Below, in pieces: positions 46,237 through 58,200 of a DNA stretch of 64,000 bases. The stretch is from Candidatus Aminicenantales bacterium (GTDB lineage Bacteria; Acidobacteriota; Aminicenantia; Aminicenantales; Saccharicenantaceae): contig JBEKXF010000006.1 of the NCBI GenBank assembly GCA_049512315.1, positions 1-64,000 on the forward strand, written 5' to 3'. The notes under the pieces are model-generated. The model was not told the DNA's origin. It did no database searches and worked only from the letters and a program-made list of their open reading frames with translations. Position 1 is the stretch's first letter, and the number at the start of each line of letters is the position of its first letter. Position numbers and translations under genes: made by a program.

Positions 46237-48042
46237 CTACTCGAGGCTCTTCACGCCGCGGACCGTCGCCGGCCTGAGCAGGTGGAGGTCGAAGACGATG
46301 ACCTCATTTCGCCCGGGCTTCAGGAAAGGCGCCGGGCAGTAGAGCCTCTTCTGCGGCCCGATCTCCCAGTAGCGGCCGAGGTTGTGGCCGTTAACCCAGA
46401 CGACGCCCTTCTTCCAGCCCGTCATGTCGAGATACGTGTCGCCCGTTTCTCCAAGCTCGAACGTCCCGCGGAAAAAGAGCCCCGGCTCTGCGGCCGGGAC
46501 GGTCCCGAACTTCAGCCCGGCGAGGTCGTCTTCCTCCATGGGAAAGCCGAAGACGTCCCAGTCCATAAGGGTCATGTTGTTCAGAGTCACGCGGTCGGTG
46601 ATGCCCTTCCGGTCGAGGAGGAGCTGCCCGAAGTTGATCCTCCCCATGGCCTCGGCGAGGATGTCCAGGGTCCTGTGAGGCGGGTCGGACTTCGGGATCT
46701 CGATCGTCGCATCCTTCCTGGCCCGGCTCATGGTGCCGAGGTATGTCCCGTCGACATAGATATTGGCGTAGTCATGGAGGTCGGCGATGGTCAGCTTGCC
46801 GCTCCGGTGCCCGACGAGCTTCGTCCGGTAGAGGATGAAGCCGTGGTTCTGCCCGAAGCTCTCCATGGGCCGCGGCTGCGCGCTCCGGACGGGGGGCGGA
46901 AGGTTGTCGAAAAGAGAGGCGGTCTCCGGGAAGGCGATCGCCGGGATGTCGATCGCCGGCAGGGGCTTGGGCAGGTCGGGAAGCATCGCGCCCTTCGGCT
47001 GGAAACGCCTGAGGACGTCCCGGATGGCGAAATACTTCGGCGTCGGCTGTCCCATTTCGTTGAGGGGAGCGTCATAATCGTAACTCGTGACGTCGGGCTC
47101 GTACTTGTCGCTGAAGTTCGCGCCAGCCCAGAACCCGAAATTCGTCCCGCCGTGGAACATATATAAATTGAAGGATTTCCCGTTGGCCAGAAGCCAGCGA
47201 AGGTCGGCCACGACGTCCTCGGTCTTGACGCGAGCCCACGGCTCTCCCCAATGCGTCAGCCAGCCGGGGTAAAGCTCGCTGCAAAAAACGGGGACATCGC
47301 CGCCGCGCTTCGCCGCTTCGGCATAATCCTTGTCGCTCGTCCCCGGGTCGAGCCCGATGGCCGCTCCATCAACCGTTCCGGCCTCCAGCATAGAGGGTGT
47401 CGCGCCGTCGGCCGTGTAGAACGGTACCTCGATCCCCGCCTCACCCCACATCCGCCTGAGAGCCGCCAGATATTCCCGGTCGTTGCCGTAGCTCCCGTAC
47501 TCGTTCTCGATCTGGACCATCAGGAGCGGGCCGCCGCGCTGGACCTGGAGGGCGCGGACTTCGCCCGCGATCTTCTGAATGTACGCTTCGCAGGCGGCCA
47601 GGTAGCGCGGGTCCGAGCAGCGGACCTTGATGTCCGGCGTCCGCAGGAGCCAGGCCGGCAGGCCGCCGAAATCCCATTCGGCGCAGGCGTAGGGCCCGGG
47701 CCTGAGGACGACCCAGAGCCCGGCCCGCGCCGCGGTCCGGATGAACGCGGCCAGGTCATTCGGACCGGAGAAATCCCATTGACCCGGCTCCGGCTCGAGG
47801 GCGTTCCAGAAGGCGTACGTGCAGACCGTGTTCAGGCCCGCAGCCCGGAGCTTGACCAGCCGGTCCGCCCAGTATTCACGGGGGATACGCTGGAAGTGGA
47901 TTTCGCCGGCCATGATCTGGAACGTGTTGCCGTTGAGAAGGAACTCCCGGCCCTTGAACCGGAAGCTCGGCGTTTTTTCCGCCAGGGCGGGAACGATGGA
48001 TAGGCAGAGAATGGCCAGGCCCGCCAGCGTCGATTTCTTCAT
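46237..48042 (-). CDS. Exported GH35 beta-galactosidase
   Basis: GEIHFQRIP, LRPGPY.CAEW..GG.P.WL, QIENEYG, SELYPGW, YMFHGGTNFG, TSYDYDAP. Confidence 0.94.
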   Translation of the reverse strand: MKKSTLAGLAILCLSIVPALAEKTPSFRFKGREFLLNGNTFQIMAGEIHFQRIPREYWADRLVKLRAAGLNTVCTYAFWNALEPEPGQWDFSGPNDLAAFIRTAARAGLWVVLRPGPYACAEWDFGGLPAWLLRTPDIKVRCSDPRYLAACEAYIQKIAGEVRALQVQRGGPLLMVQIENEYGSYGNDREYLAALRRMWGEAGIEVPFYTADGATPSMLEAGTVDGAAIGLDPGTSDKDYAEAAKRGGDVPVFCSELYPGWLTHWGEPWARVKTEDVVADLRWLLANGKSFNLYMFHGGTNFGFWAGANFSDKYEPDVTSYDYDAPLNEMGQPTPKYFAIRDVLRRFQPKGAMLPDLPKPLPAIDIPAIAFPETASLFDNLPPPVRSAQPRPMESFGQNHGFILYRTKLVGHRSGKLTIADLHDYANIYVDGTYLGTMSRARKDATIEIPKSDPPHRTLDILAEAMGRINFGQLLLDRKGITDRVTLNNMTLMDWDVFGFPMEEDDLAGLKFGTVPAAEPGLFFRGTFELGETGDTYLDMTGWKKGVVWVNGHNLGRYWEIGPQKRLYCPAPFLKPGRNEVIVFDLHLLRPATVRGVKSLE

Positions 48043-48153
48043 GCGTCTCTCCCGGGCGTTGAGATTCCTGCAGCGTCCGGATTGTAACACATCACCGGGC
48101 CGAGGTCGCGGGGGCTTTGACTTTCGCTTGCGGGCCAATATACACTCTCTCCG

Positions 48154-50544
48154 ATGGAAACGCAGTCTTCGTCATGCGCTACGGTACGGTCCTCCCTTCT
48201 CGTTGCGGCGGCACTCATTTTTCTGGCCGTCCCGGCGCTCCGGGCGGATGAGCGGAGCCCCGTTCTTCGGGCCTATCCCGAAAGGATCTCCCCCGATCTC
48301 ACGTTCGAAGCCGTCGTGGCGGGCCAGCCCTTCCCGCCGGTGAAGTATCCCGTCCCTGTCATCGGCTGGAAGGAGCATCCCGAGGAGATCCACGTGGCGC
48401 CGAACGGCGCCCTCGTTTTCCCCAAGACTCCTCTCCCCGGCGGTCTCTATCTTCTTCCCTTCCTCCAGATCGGGCCCGGCGCCGCGCCGGAGCTCCTCGA
48501 TCCGGACTCGGTCGTCCAGGAGCTCGTTGACGGCTACCTGCCCGGCGTCCGGAGCGGGTGGAAGGCGGGGGAGTTCAAGGTCCGCGAGCTCGCCTTCGCG
48601 ACCCTCCTCGAAGGGCCCGCGGTCCGGACCGGCCGGGAGACGCTCGTGGCCGTGGCCCGGTGGACCGTGAAAAACGAGTCCGGACGGGAGGGAGCCGTGC
48701 GTCTCGCGTTCAGGATCGGTGAGGCGCTCTCCGGGCAGAGCCTCTTCAAGGTCCCGCCGGCCTACCCGGCCCCGCTCGTTTTCAGGCCGCCCTTCATCGT
48801 CGAGACCGGGGGAAAGATCCTGATCCGGGTGAGCGCCTCGAAAGTCACCGTGGCCCTCAATCCCTCCTCGAAGGCCGGCGGTGCCCTGGAAATGTCTCCC
48901 GCGGGGACCGACCTCGCCATCGACTTCCGGCTGAAGCCGGGCGAGGACAAGACGGTCGATCTGTTCATCCCCTACTTCCCGGCCGGAGTCGAGAAGACCG
49001 GAGATATCGAGCGGCTGGCCGCCGGACCCCAGCTCGAGGTCTTCCGGGATTTTTGGACCCGCGAGCTCAACCGCCAGGCACAGTTCATCGTCCCCGAAAA
49101 AAGGGTCCGCGACTCATACCGGGCCGCGCTGGCCTATAACATGATCCTGGTCGATCGCGACCCGGAGGGCCATTCCCTTCTCCACCCGGACGCTACGGCT
49201 TACGAGCATGTCTGGGCCGGGGACAGCGCCTGCATCATCCACGCCGCGGACCGTCTCGGCTACCACCAGGACGCGGCGGCCTATCTGGATTATTTCCTGT
49301 CCCGGCAGGGCCGGCGTCCACCCGAGGGGGAGGTTTCCTCCCCCGACGGGTTCTTCTCCGGCGACGCTCCCGGCTTGCGCTGGATGGGAGAGAACGGGTT
49401 CATCCTCTGGGCCCTGGCCGAGCATTACAAGCTCACGGGCGATCAGGCCTGGTTGAGGAAGGTCGCGCCCAAGATGATCAAGTCCTGCGGCTGGATCATT
49501 CGGGAGAGGGCCCGGACGAAGGTGACGGCGGGCGGCGAGCGGCCCCGCCACTACGGGCTCCTCCCGAAAGGCCGGGCCTCGGACAACGCCGAACTGAATT
49601 ACTTTTACTGGACGGACACTTATTCCTATGGTGGCCTCCGGGGGACGGCCGACGCCCTGGCCGGGATCGGGATGGACCGGGAGGCGGCCCGGCTCCGGGC
49701 CGAAGCCGACGATTACAAAGCGTGTATCCTGGGGTCGGTCGAGCGCTCGATCCTCTGCGACACGGACCCGCCTTTCTTTCCTCAGGGTCCCTACATGAAC
49801 CAGCCGCCGACGGCCGAAAGGCTGGCCGCGAGCTGGTACAGCCTCTGCAGCCCGATCTATATGGTCGAGATGGGCCTTTTCTCGGCCGACGACCCGAAGG
49901 CGGCCTGGGTCAACCGGACCATCGAGAAATACGTCATGACCAGCGGCCTGCCGACCCTCGCCCGGCCGGGATACATCGACCCTCACTACGTGTACAATCA
50001 GGCGCTCACCCAGCTCCTCCGGGGCGAGACCGAGAAGTTCCTCTGGACTCTTTACAGCATTTTCGCCTACGGCCAGTCGCGGACGACCTACGCGACCCTC
50101 GAGTGCAACGACATCGTCACCGGGTCCTCGGGCGACGCCTGGGACGCGCTCAGGATGCCGCACATGCATTCCAACAGCCGGGTTCTGGCCCTTCTCCGGA
50201 TCGCCCTCGTCCTCGAGGAAGGCGACGCTCTCCATCTCCTCGCCGGGACGCCGCGGGGCTGGCTCGAACCGGGGAAAGCGGTCGAGGTCCGGCGGGCGCC
50301 GACGCTCTTCGGGAACGTGGACGTCCGGTCGGAGTCCCGCTCTTCTGGAAAGGAAATCGTGACCACGATCGACCCGCCTCACCGGAAGCCGGCCCGGGTC
50401 ATCCTCCACGTCCGCCCGCCTTCTGGATTCGGCCCCCCCGAGAGCGTGACGGTCGACGGAAGAGCGCGCGCGGATTTCAAAGGGGAGACCATCGACCTGG
50501 GGCGGATCGCGTCCCGGACGGTCATCGTCTGCCGATACCGATAA
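48154..50544 (+). CDS. Exported (alpha/alpha)6-barrel glycoside hydrolase-like protein
   Basis: Signal-like N-terminus; Y.HVW.GD, EHYKLTGD..WL, MPH, L..G.P..W, PT.FG C-terminal motifs. Confidence 0.72.
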   Translation: METQSSSCATVRSSLLVAAALIFLAVPALRADERSPVLRAYPERISPDLTFEAVVAGQPFPPVKYPVPVIGWKEHPEEIHVAPNGALVFPKTPLPGGLYLLPFLQIGPGAAPELLDPDSVVQELVDGYLPGVRSGWKAGEFKVRELAFATLLEGPAVRTGRETLVAVARWTVKNESGREGAVRLAFRIGEALSGQSLFKVPPAYPAPLVFRPPFIVETGGKILIRVSASKVTVALNPSSKAGGALEMSPAGTDLAIDFRLKPGEDKTVDLFIPYFPAGVEKTGDIERLAAGPQLEVFRDFWTRELNRQAQFIVPEKRVRDSYRAALAYNMILVDRDPEGHSLLHPDATAYEHVWAGDSACIIHAADRLGYHQDAAAYLDYFLSRQGRRPPEGEVSSPDGFFSGDAPGLRWMGENGFILWALAEHYKLTGDQAWLRKVAPKMIKSCGWIIRERARTKVTAGGERPRHYGLLPKGRASDNAELNYFYWTDTYSYGGLRGTADALAGIGMDREAARLRAEADDYKACILGSVERSILCDTDPPFFPQGPYMNQPPTAERLAASWYSLCSPIYMVEMGLFSADDPKAAWVNRTIEKYVMTSGLPTLARPGYIDPHYVYNQALTQLLRGETEKFLWTLYSIFAYGQSRTTYATLECNDIVTGSSGDAWDALRMPHMHSNSRVLALLRIALVLEEGDALHLLAGTPRGWLEPGKAVEVRRAPTLFGNVDVRSESRSSGKEIVTTIDPPHRKPARVILHVRPPSGFGPPESVTVDGRARADFKGETIDLGRIASRTVIVCRYR

Positions 50545-50576
50545 GGCTCGCCAACTTAGCTTGCCGGGAGGCCCTC

Positions 50577-51845
50577 ATGAAGCTCACGATAAAAGCTCTC
50601 ATCGCGCTATCGCTCGCCGTTCTCGCCGGGCCCGGCGTTTTCGGCCAGGCCGACAAGCCCTCCTCGTCGTTCGGGATCTCTCTGTCCGGCTACATTAAAA
50701 CCGACATCTTTTACGATTCGCGGCAGACCGTGAGCATCCGGGAGGGGCATTTCCTTCTCTATCCCAAGGAGCCGGCCCTCGATCCCCTGGGCAGGGATAT
50801 CAACGCCAAATCCAGCTTCAACATCCTCTCCATCCAGACCCGTCTCGCCGGCAAGATCACGGGCCCGGACGCCCTCGGCGCCAAGACGTCGGCCTACCTC
50901 GAAACCGAATTTTTCGGCACGTCGGATGCGGACCTCAACGGCTTCCGGCTCCGTCACGCCTATCTCAAGCTCAGCTGGAAAAAATCGGAGCTTCTGATCG
51001 GCCAGTTCTGGCACCCGATGTTCATCACCGAAAGCTACCCGGACGTCGTCTCCTTCAACACCGGCGCCCCGTTCCAGCCCTTCAACCGCAGCCCTCAGGT
51101 CCGCTTCATCCGGACGTTCGGCCGGATCAGCCTGATCGCGACGGCTCTGGCCCAGCGGGACTTCACCTCCAACGGGCCGCAGGGGCCGAGCTCCGTCTAT
51201 CTCCGGAATGCCGTCCTGCCGGAGCTCAACCTGAAGCTCCAGCACGCTTCGAAGAACGAGGCCGAGAAAACCGAGACCCTGGCCGGGGCGGGGCTGGATC
51301 TTTTGAAGCTCGTCCCGAGGCTCTCGACCGCCACGGGCTATCGAACGGACGTATCCGTAACCAGCCTCGCAGGCATGGCCTACTTCAAACAGAGATGGCC
51401 GAAATGGACGTTCAAAGCCGAGGGGATCTACGGCTCGAATCTTCACCATCTGACGATGCTCGGCGGCTATGCCGTCCGCAGCGACTCCATCCTTCCGGGC
51501 GATGAGACCCAGGACTGGACGTACGCGCCGACGAATATCCTGTCGCTCTGGAGCGAGGCCATGACCAACGGCGAACATTGGCAGACGGGCGTCTTCGCGG
51601 GCTGGTCCAAGAACCTCGGCGCCCGTCACGAGCTCACCGACGTCAATTTCGCCAGGGGTTTCAACATCGACTCCCTGTATCGCGTCTCCCCCCGCCTTCT
51701 TCTGAACGTCGGGAAGATGCGGTTCGCGGGCGAGGCGGAGTTCACGGCGGCGGCCTACGGGACACCGGACGCCTTCGGCAAGGTCCGCAACGCGAGGTTC
51801 GTCAGCAATATCCGCCTGCTCTTCGCGGCCTATTACTTCTTTTGA
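50577..51845 (+). CDS. Outer-membrane porin-like protein (DcaP-like)
   Basis: Signal peptide, SGYIKTD.FYD, RLRHAY, LIGQFWHP, R.PQVR; C-terminal YYFF. Confidence 0.75.
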   Translation: MKLTIKALIALSLAVLAGPGVFGQADKPSSSFGISLSGYIKTDIFYDSRQTVSIREGHFLLYPKEPALDPLGRDINAKSSFNILSIQTRLAGKITGPDALGAKTSAYLETEFFGTSDADLNGFRLRHAYLKLSWKKSELLIGQFWHPMFITESYPDVVSFNTGAPFQPFNRSPQVRFIRTFGRISLIATALAQRDFTSNGPQGPSSVYLRNAVLPELNLKLQHASKNEAEKTETLAGAGLDLLKLVPRLSTATGYRTDVSVTSLAGMAYFKQRWPKWTFKAEGIYGSNLHHLTMLGGYAVRSDSILPGDETQDWTYAPTNILSLWSEAMTNGEHWQTGVFAGWSKNLGARHELTDVNFARGFNIDSLYRVSPRLLLNVGKMRFAGEAEFTAAAYGTPDAFGKVRNARFVSNIRLLFAAYYFF

Positions 51846-51985
51846 AGGCCGGCGCCGGGGGCTTGTTTTCTGCGGGCCCCGCCGTTAAGATAATTCCGCC
51901 ATCGTGATGGACCGGATCGCGCCGTTCCTCCGGCTGACAGGGAGTCCCACGAAGCCGTCAAATCGTCACAAAGGAGCCGCCTGAG

Positions 51986-53875
51986 ATGTCCGTAAAACCC
52001 GTCAAACCGGTCCCGAGCGATATCGAGATCGCCCAGGCCACGGAGCTCCTCCCCATCGTCGAGGTCGCGGGGATGCTGGGGCTCGGCGAGGACGACCTCG
52101 ACCTCTACGGCAAGCACAAGGCCAAGATCCATCTCGACGTCCTCGGCCGGATCAAGGACGAGCCCCTTGGCCATTACGTGGACGTGACCGCCATCACCCC
52201 CACTCCGCTCGGCGAGGGCAAGACGACGACCACTGTGGGGCTGAGCCAGGCCCTCGGCGCCCACCTGGGCAAGAAGGCCATTACCGTCGTCCGGCAGCCC
52301 AGCATGGGCCCGACGTTCGGGATCAAGGGAGGGGCCGCGGGCGGGGGTTATTCCCAGATCGTTCCCATGGAGGACTTCAACCTGCATCTGACCGGGGACA
52401 TCCACGCCGTGACCGTCGCCAACGACCTCCTGGCCGCGGCCATCGATGCCCGCATCCTCCATGAATCGGCCCAGGACGACGAGAACCTCTTCAACGCCTT
52501 CTGCCCCGCCGACAAGAAGGGCCGGCGGCGGTTCTCGCCGCCGATGCTCCGCCGGCTTGAGAAGCTCGACATCGACAAGGCCGACCCCAACGACCTCACC
52601 GCCGAGGAGAAGCGCCGCGTCTTCCGGCTCGACATCGACCCGGCCAGCATCACCTGGAACCGGGTCATCGACATCAGCGACCGCTTCCTCCGCCGCGTCC
52701 AGATCGGGATGGGCCCCGAAGAGAAAGGCATGGTGCGGGTAACGGGCTTCGATATCTCGGTCGCCAGCGAGATCATGGCCATTCTGGCCCTGACGACAGG
52801 GATGGCCGACATGCGCGATCGGCTGGGCCGGATCGTCATCGGCACGAGCCGTTCCGGAGAGCCCGTCACGGCCGAGGACCTCGGCGCGGCCGGCGCCCTC
52901 ACGGTCCTGATGAAGGACGCGATCATGCCCAACCTCATGCAGACCGTCGAGAACACCCCGGCCATCGTCCACGCCGGGCCGTTCGCCAACATCGCCCACG
53001 GCAATTCCTCAGTCATCGCCGACCAGATCGCCCTCCGGCTGGTCGGCCGGAACGGCTATGTCATCACGGAATCCGGGTTCGGCGCCGACTGCGGCATGGA
53101 AAAGTTCATGAACATCAAGTGCCGGGCGAGCGGCCTCCAGCCCGGCTGTGTCGTCATCGTGGCCACGGTCCGGGCGCTCAAGATGCACGGCGGCGGCCCG
53201 AAGGTCGTGGCCGGAAAACCCCTGGCGCCCGAATATGCCGACGAGAACCTCGACCTCCTGGCCAAAGGCCTGGCCAACATGACCGCCCATATCCGCAACG
53301 CCATCCGCTTCGGCGTCCCCGTGGTCGTGGCCATCAACCGGTTCACCTCGGACACGGACGCCGAAGTCGACCTCATCCGCAAGGCAGCCATCGCCGTCGG
53401 AGCCGAGGACGCCGTCCCGTCCACCCACTGGTCGGACGGGGGCGCGGGGGCCGTCGCCCTGGCCAAGGCCGTCATGGCTGCCTGCGAGAAGCCGGCGGAC
53501 TTCCGCTTCCTTTATCCCCTCGAGTGGGACATCAAGAAAAAGATCGAGACCATCGCCACCGAGATCTACGGCGCCGACGGCGTCGAATACTCGCCCGAGG
53601 CGGAAGCCAAGGTCGAGCTTTACACCCGGCTCGGCTTCGGCCGGCTCCCCATCTGCATGGCCAAGACCCATCTCAGTCTGAGCCATAACCCCGAGTGGAA
53701 AGGGGTGCCGCGGAACTTCAAGCTCCCGGTCCGCGACATCCGGGCCAGCGTGGGAGCCGGTTTCCTTTATCCGCTCTGCGGGGAAATGCGAACCATGCCC
53801 GGGCTGCCAACGCGGCCGGTCTTCTATGACGTGGACCTGGACCTCGCGACCGGAAAAGTCGTAGGGCTATTTTGA
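51986..53875 (+). CDS. fhs: Formate-tetrahydrofolate ligase (long form)
   Basis: [53 protein letters not shown]. Confidence 0.96.
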   Translation: MSVKPVKPVPSDIEIAQATELLPIVEVAGMLGLGEDDLDLYGKHKAKIHLDVLGRIKDEPLGHYVDVTAITPTPLGEGKTTTTVGLSQALGAHLGKKAITVVRQPSMGPTFGIKGGAAGGGYSQIVPMEDFNLHLTGDIHAVTVANDLLAAAIDARILHESAQDDENLFNAFCPADKKGRRRFSPPMLRRLEKLDIDKADPNDLTAEEKRRVFRLDIDPASITWNRVIDISDRFLRRVQIGMGPEEKGMVRVTGFDISVASEIMAILALTTGMADMRDRLGRIVIGTSRSGEPVTAEDLGAAGALTVLMKDAIMPNLMQTVENTPAIVHAGPFANIAHGNSSVIADQIALRLVGRNGYVITESGFGADCGMEKFMNIKCRASGLQPGCVVIVATVRALKMHGGGPKVVAGKPLAPEYADENLDLLAKGLANMTAHIRNAIRFGVPVVVAINRFTSDTDAEVDLIRKAAIAVGAEDAVPSTHWSDGGAGAVALAKAVMAACEKPADFRFLYPLEWDIKKKIETIATEIYGADGVEYSPEAEAKVELYTRLGFGRLPICMAKTHLSLSHNPEWKGVPRNFKLPVRDIRASVGAGFLYPLCGEMRTMPGLPTRPVFYDVDLDLATGKVVGLF

Positions 53876-53901
53876 CGAAACGCTCCGGGAAGGAAGGCCC
53901 C

Positions 53902-55173
53902 ATGCCGATACGCCATCGCCTGACCCGCAGGCAGTTCATCGGTCGCACTGTCACGGCCGCCGCCGCTTTGACTATCGTCCCGCGCCGGGTCCTGGGAGGG
54001 CAGGGTTACGTTCCCCCGAGCGATACTCTGACCAAGGCCGTCATCGGTGTCGGGGGCATGGGGCGGGCCCACCTGGGCTACCCCGGGGCCGTGCTCCTGG
54101 CCGTCTGCGACGTCGACGAAAAACACCTCCAGACCGCGCTCGAGATCTCCGGGCCCGCCGTCCGGGGCTACCGGGATTTCCGGGAGGTCCTCGAGCGGCC
54201 CGATATCGACATCGTCCATATCGCCACCCCTCCGCACTGGCACGCCCTCATCTCGATCGCGGCCGCCGAAGCCGGCAAGGATATCTGGTGCGAAAAGCCC
54301 ATGACCCGGACCATCGCCGAAGGCCAGGAGGTCGCTCGAGCCGTCGCGAGGAACGGACGGATCTTCCGGGTCAATACCTGGTTCCGGTTCGAGGACGAAT
54401 TCTATGGCTTCGGCTCCGATGTCAAGCCGGTCAAGAAAGTCGTCCAGAGCGGTATCCTCGGCTGGCCGCTCAAGGCCACGGTCAGTGCGACGACCGGATT
54501 CGACTGGAAATTCTACTGGAGCGGCCGGACCAACCTCAAGCCCGAGCCCGTGCCACCCGAACTCGACTACGACTTCTGGCTCGGTCCGGCGCCCTGGAAG
54601 CCCTATCATCCGCACCGCGTCCACGGAACTTTCCGCGGCTACTGGGACTATGACGGCGGCGGCCTGGGCGACATGGGGATGCACTACGTCGATCCCGTCC
54701 AGTACCTTCTCGAAAAGGACGGCACGAGCCCCGTCGAAGTCTCGGCCGACTGCCCGCAGCAGCACCCGGACGCCTGCGGTTCCTGGCGCCGGATCGAGAT
54801 GAAATACGCCGATGGCTGCACCATCGTCCTCGACGGGGAGGACCGGGACAAGAACGCGGCCTTCCTCGAAGGGCCGAAGGGGAAATTGTTCCGGGGGCTT
54901 GAATCCGACATCCCGAACCTCAAGGACATCATCGCCGGCCTTCCGGACCCCGACCCCCAGGTCACGGATTTCGCCGAGGCCGTCCGGACGCGGCGCCGGT
55001 TCGCCCTCAACGAGCGGAACGGACACCGCTCCTGCACTCTGGTCAACCTCGGGAAAACCGCCGTGCAGCTCGGCCGGCCCCTGCGCTTCGACCCCGAAAA
55101 GCAGCGGTTCATCGGGGACGATGAGGCCAACCGCCTGGCCGACCAGCCCATGCGGGCCCCCTGGCACCTCTGA
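53902..55173 (+). CDS. Tat-exported Gfo/Idh/MocA oxidoreductase
   Basis: TRRQFI twin-arginine signal, IGVGGMG, ATPPHWH, CEKP, WLGPAP, DMGMH..D. Confidence 0.92.
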   Translation: MPIRHRLTRRQFIGRTVTAAAALTIVPRRVLGGQGYVPPSDTLTKAVIGVGGMGRAHLGYPGAVLLAVCDVDEKHLQTALEISGPAVRGYRDFREVLERPDIDIVHIATPPHWHALISIAAAEAGKDIWCEKPMTRTIAEGQEVARAVARNGRIFRVNTWFRFEDEFYGFGSDVKPVKKVVQSGILGWPLKATVSATTGFDWKFYWSGRTNLKPEPVPPELDYDFWLGPAPWKPYHPHRVHGTFRGYWDYDGGGLGDMGMHYVDPVQYLLEKDGTSPVEVSADCPQQHPDACGSWRRIEMKYADGCTIVLDGEDRDKNAAFLEGPKGKLFRGLESDIPNLKDIIAGLPDPDPQVTDFAEAVRTRRRFALNERNGHRSCTLVNLGKTAVQLGRPLRFDPEKQRFIGDDEANRLADQPMRAPWHL

Positions 55174-55200
55174 ACGGAGCCCCGGGCGAGGAGATAAGTC

Positions 55201-58200
55201 ATGAGAAAGACCCAAGCCATTGTTCTGATCATATCCGCGATCTTGCTCTCGGCCTCTGCCGCCCGGGGGCTCGACAATTCCGCCGGCTTGAAGGCCCGGG
55301 TGATAGGTCTCCTCGGCCGGTTCCCGGCGGCCGACGCGGCGGGAAGGGATTCCCTCTCAGCCGACCTCCTCAAGCTGGGCCCGGGGGCCGTCGCGGAGAT
55401 CTGTGGACGCGTCCTCCCGCCGGGCCAGGGGGACGACAGCGCCGCCCGCTTCGCCCTTAACGGGCTCGCCGTCTACGTCACCCGGGCGGGGGCGGACACG
55501 GACCGGACCGTCTACGTCCGGGCCTTGCTCGAGGCGATAAAGAACGCCGCAGACAAAGACGTCAAGGCTTTCCTCATCTCCCAGGTCCAGTGGACGGGAG
55601 CGAAAGAATCCCTCAAGCCCCTGGCCGGCTACCTCACGGACGAGAAGCTGGCCGAGCCCGCGGCCCAGGCCCTCCTGGCCACCCGCCGACCCGAGGCGGC
55701 CGGACTTTTTCTCAAGGCCCTCGATTCCGCCCCGCCCGCGGCCAAAGTGACTATCGTCAAGGCGCTCGGAGAGATGAGGAGCCGCGAGGCCGTGAAGAAA
55801 ATACTGCCCTTTGCCGAAAGTGCCGACGAGAAGCTCCGGCAGACGGCCCTGTTCGCCCTGGCCAATATCGGCGACCCGCGGGCCGGGGCGGCCCTGGACC
55901 GGGCCCGGATCGCGGCCCCGCTTCATGAGAGGTCGCAGGCCCCGTCGCTCTACCTGTTTTATGCCCGCCGCCTCCTCGAAGCCGGGAAAGCGGCGGAAGG
56001 CCTGGCCATCTGCCGCGGCCTCCTCAAATATTATGCGACGCCGGCCGAAAGCCACATCGCCACGAACGCCCTCGGGCTCATCGTTGCCACGCTCAAGGAC
56101 AGGGCTCTGCCGGATCTCCTGGCCGTCGCGGACAGCCCTGACGGGAGATTCCGTGCCGCCGCCCTCGAAATGGCGACGTCGATCCCGGGGACCGAGGCCA
56201 CGGCCCGCTGGGTCGAAAAGGCCGCCTCCTCGCCCTCCGAAGTCCGGGCTGCGATCATCTCCATGCTCGGCCGCCGCGGGGACCCCGCCGCCCTGCCGGC
56301 CGTGCGCAACGCCCTCCGCGATTCGGACAGGACCGTCCGGCTAGCGGCCATCCCCGCCGCCGTCAGGCTCGGCGGGGCCGATGTCCTGCCCGGGATCTTC
56401 CCCTTCTTCGATTCCTCCGACGCCGGAGAGATCGCCGCGGCCAAGCAGGCCGTCCTCGGCTTCGAAGCCCGGCTCGTCGTTCCCGAAACGGTCCGCCGGA
56501 TGGACCAGGCGCCTGCCGCCGGCCGGGCGGCGCTCATCGAAATCCTGGCCGAGAAAGGGTCCCGCGACCGGGTCGACCTCGTCTTCGGTCAGGCCGCGAG
56601 CCCGGAGCCGGTCGTCCGGGCCGCGGCCATGGACGCCCTGGCCAAGCTGGCCGGTGAGAGGGACCTCGCCCGGCTTCTCGAGCTCCTGTTCGCGGCTGCG
56701 GACAGTGAGGAGACCGTCCGCCTCCAGAAAGCCCTCGCGGCGGCCGCCGGACGGAACCCCGACCCGGAACGAAGGGTCGATGAGCTCATCGGCCTGATGA
56801 CGAAGGCCCCGGCCGCCAGGAAAGCCGTCATTCTGAAGGTCCTGCCCCGGGTCGGCGGATCCGGAGCACTCCGGGCGGTCATCGATGAGACGCGCGACAA
56901 GGACCCGCAGGTCCAGGCCGCCGCCGTCTATGCCCTGTCGCAGTGGCCGGACTTCAAGGCCGCTGACGAGCTCCTCCGGATCGTCTCGACAACGACGAAT
57001 AAAAAATATCTCCTCCTCGCCCTCGAGGGTTATGCCCGGCTGGTCAACGGGTCCGATGATCCGAGATGGAAGAAGCTCGAGCTGCTCAGAAGCGCCCTCG
57101 GCCTGCCAAAGGACGACGCCGACAGGAAACCCGTCCTGCGCGCAGTCGCGGAACTCCGGGGGCCCGAGGCCTTCCGCCTTCTCTCCGAACAGCTCGGGAA
57201 TCCGGCCTTGAGGGCCACGGCCGTCCAGGGACTCCTGGACATGGCCTCAGAGCAATCGTCCGAGGAGAGATGGCTCTCCGGCCAGGAAGCGATCTCGATC
57301 CTCCGGCGGGTCGAGTCGTCGAGCGAAGACCCTGGCGAAAGGGACCTGGCCACGAAAGTCATCGCGGACCGCCTGAAACAGGGCGGGTTCGTCCCTCTCT
57401 TCAACGGCCTCGACCTCGATGGCTGGAAGGGCCTCGTCGCGGACCCGCCGAAGCGCGCCAAAATGACGGCCGACGAGCTGAAAAAAGCCCAGGCCGAAGC
57501 GGACGATATCATGCGGTCCCACTGGAGTGTCGCCGACGGTGTCCTCGCCTTCGATGGCAAGGGCGAAAGCCTCTGCACGGCCAGGGACTTCGCCGACTTC
57601 GAAATGCTCGTGGACTGGAAGATCGACAAGGGCGGGGACAGCGGCATCTACCTCCGGGGCTCGCCTCAGGTCCAGATATGGGACCCGACGGCCAACCCCG
57701 AGGGTTCCGGCGGCCTGTACAACAACCAGAAAGGGCCGAGCAAGCCACTCGAGAAGGCCGACCGGTCCGTCAGCGGGTGGAATAGCTTCCGGATCATCAT
57801 GATCGGCGAGCGGGTCACGGTCTACCTCAACGACCGGATGGTCGTGGACAACACGATCCTCGAGAACTATTGGGAGCGCGACAAGCCGATTTACTCAACC
57901 GGCCAGATCGAGCTCCAGGCCCACGGCAACCCACTCTGGTACAGGAACATCTACATCCGCGAGATCCCCCGGGACGGCGAGGCCCCGGGGCTGTCGGACG
58001 CCGAGAAGGACGATGGCTTCGTTCCCCTCTTCAACGGCCGCGACCTCAGCGGCTGGACGGGCGATACAAAGGGATATGCCGCCGAGAACGGGAAGATCGT
58101 CATCGACCCGGGCCGGGGCAGCGGCAACCTCTATACGGAGAAGGAATTCGCCGATTTCGTCCTCCGGTTCGAGTTCAAGCTGACCCCCGCGGCCAATAAC

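Noticed and set aside
51880..51985. ZTP or THF riboswitch upstream of fhs
   Set aside because: The context fits and fragments such as CCGTT, GGGAGT, ACGAAGC and CCGCCTG are suggestive, but I could not build the consensus structure. An Infernal/Rfam search is needed.
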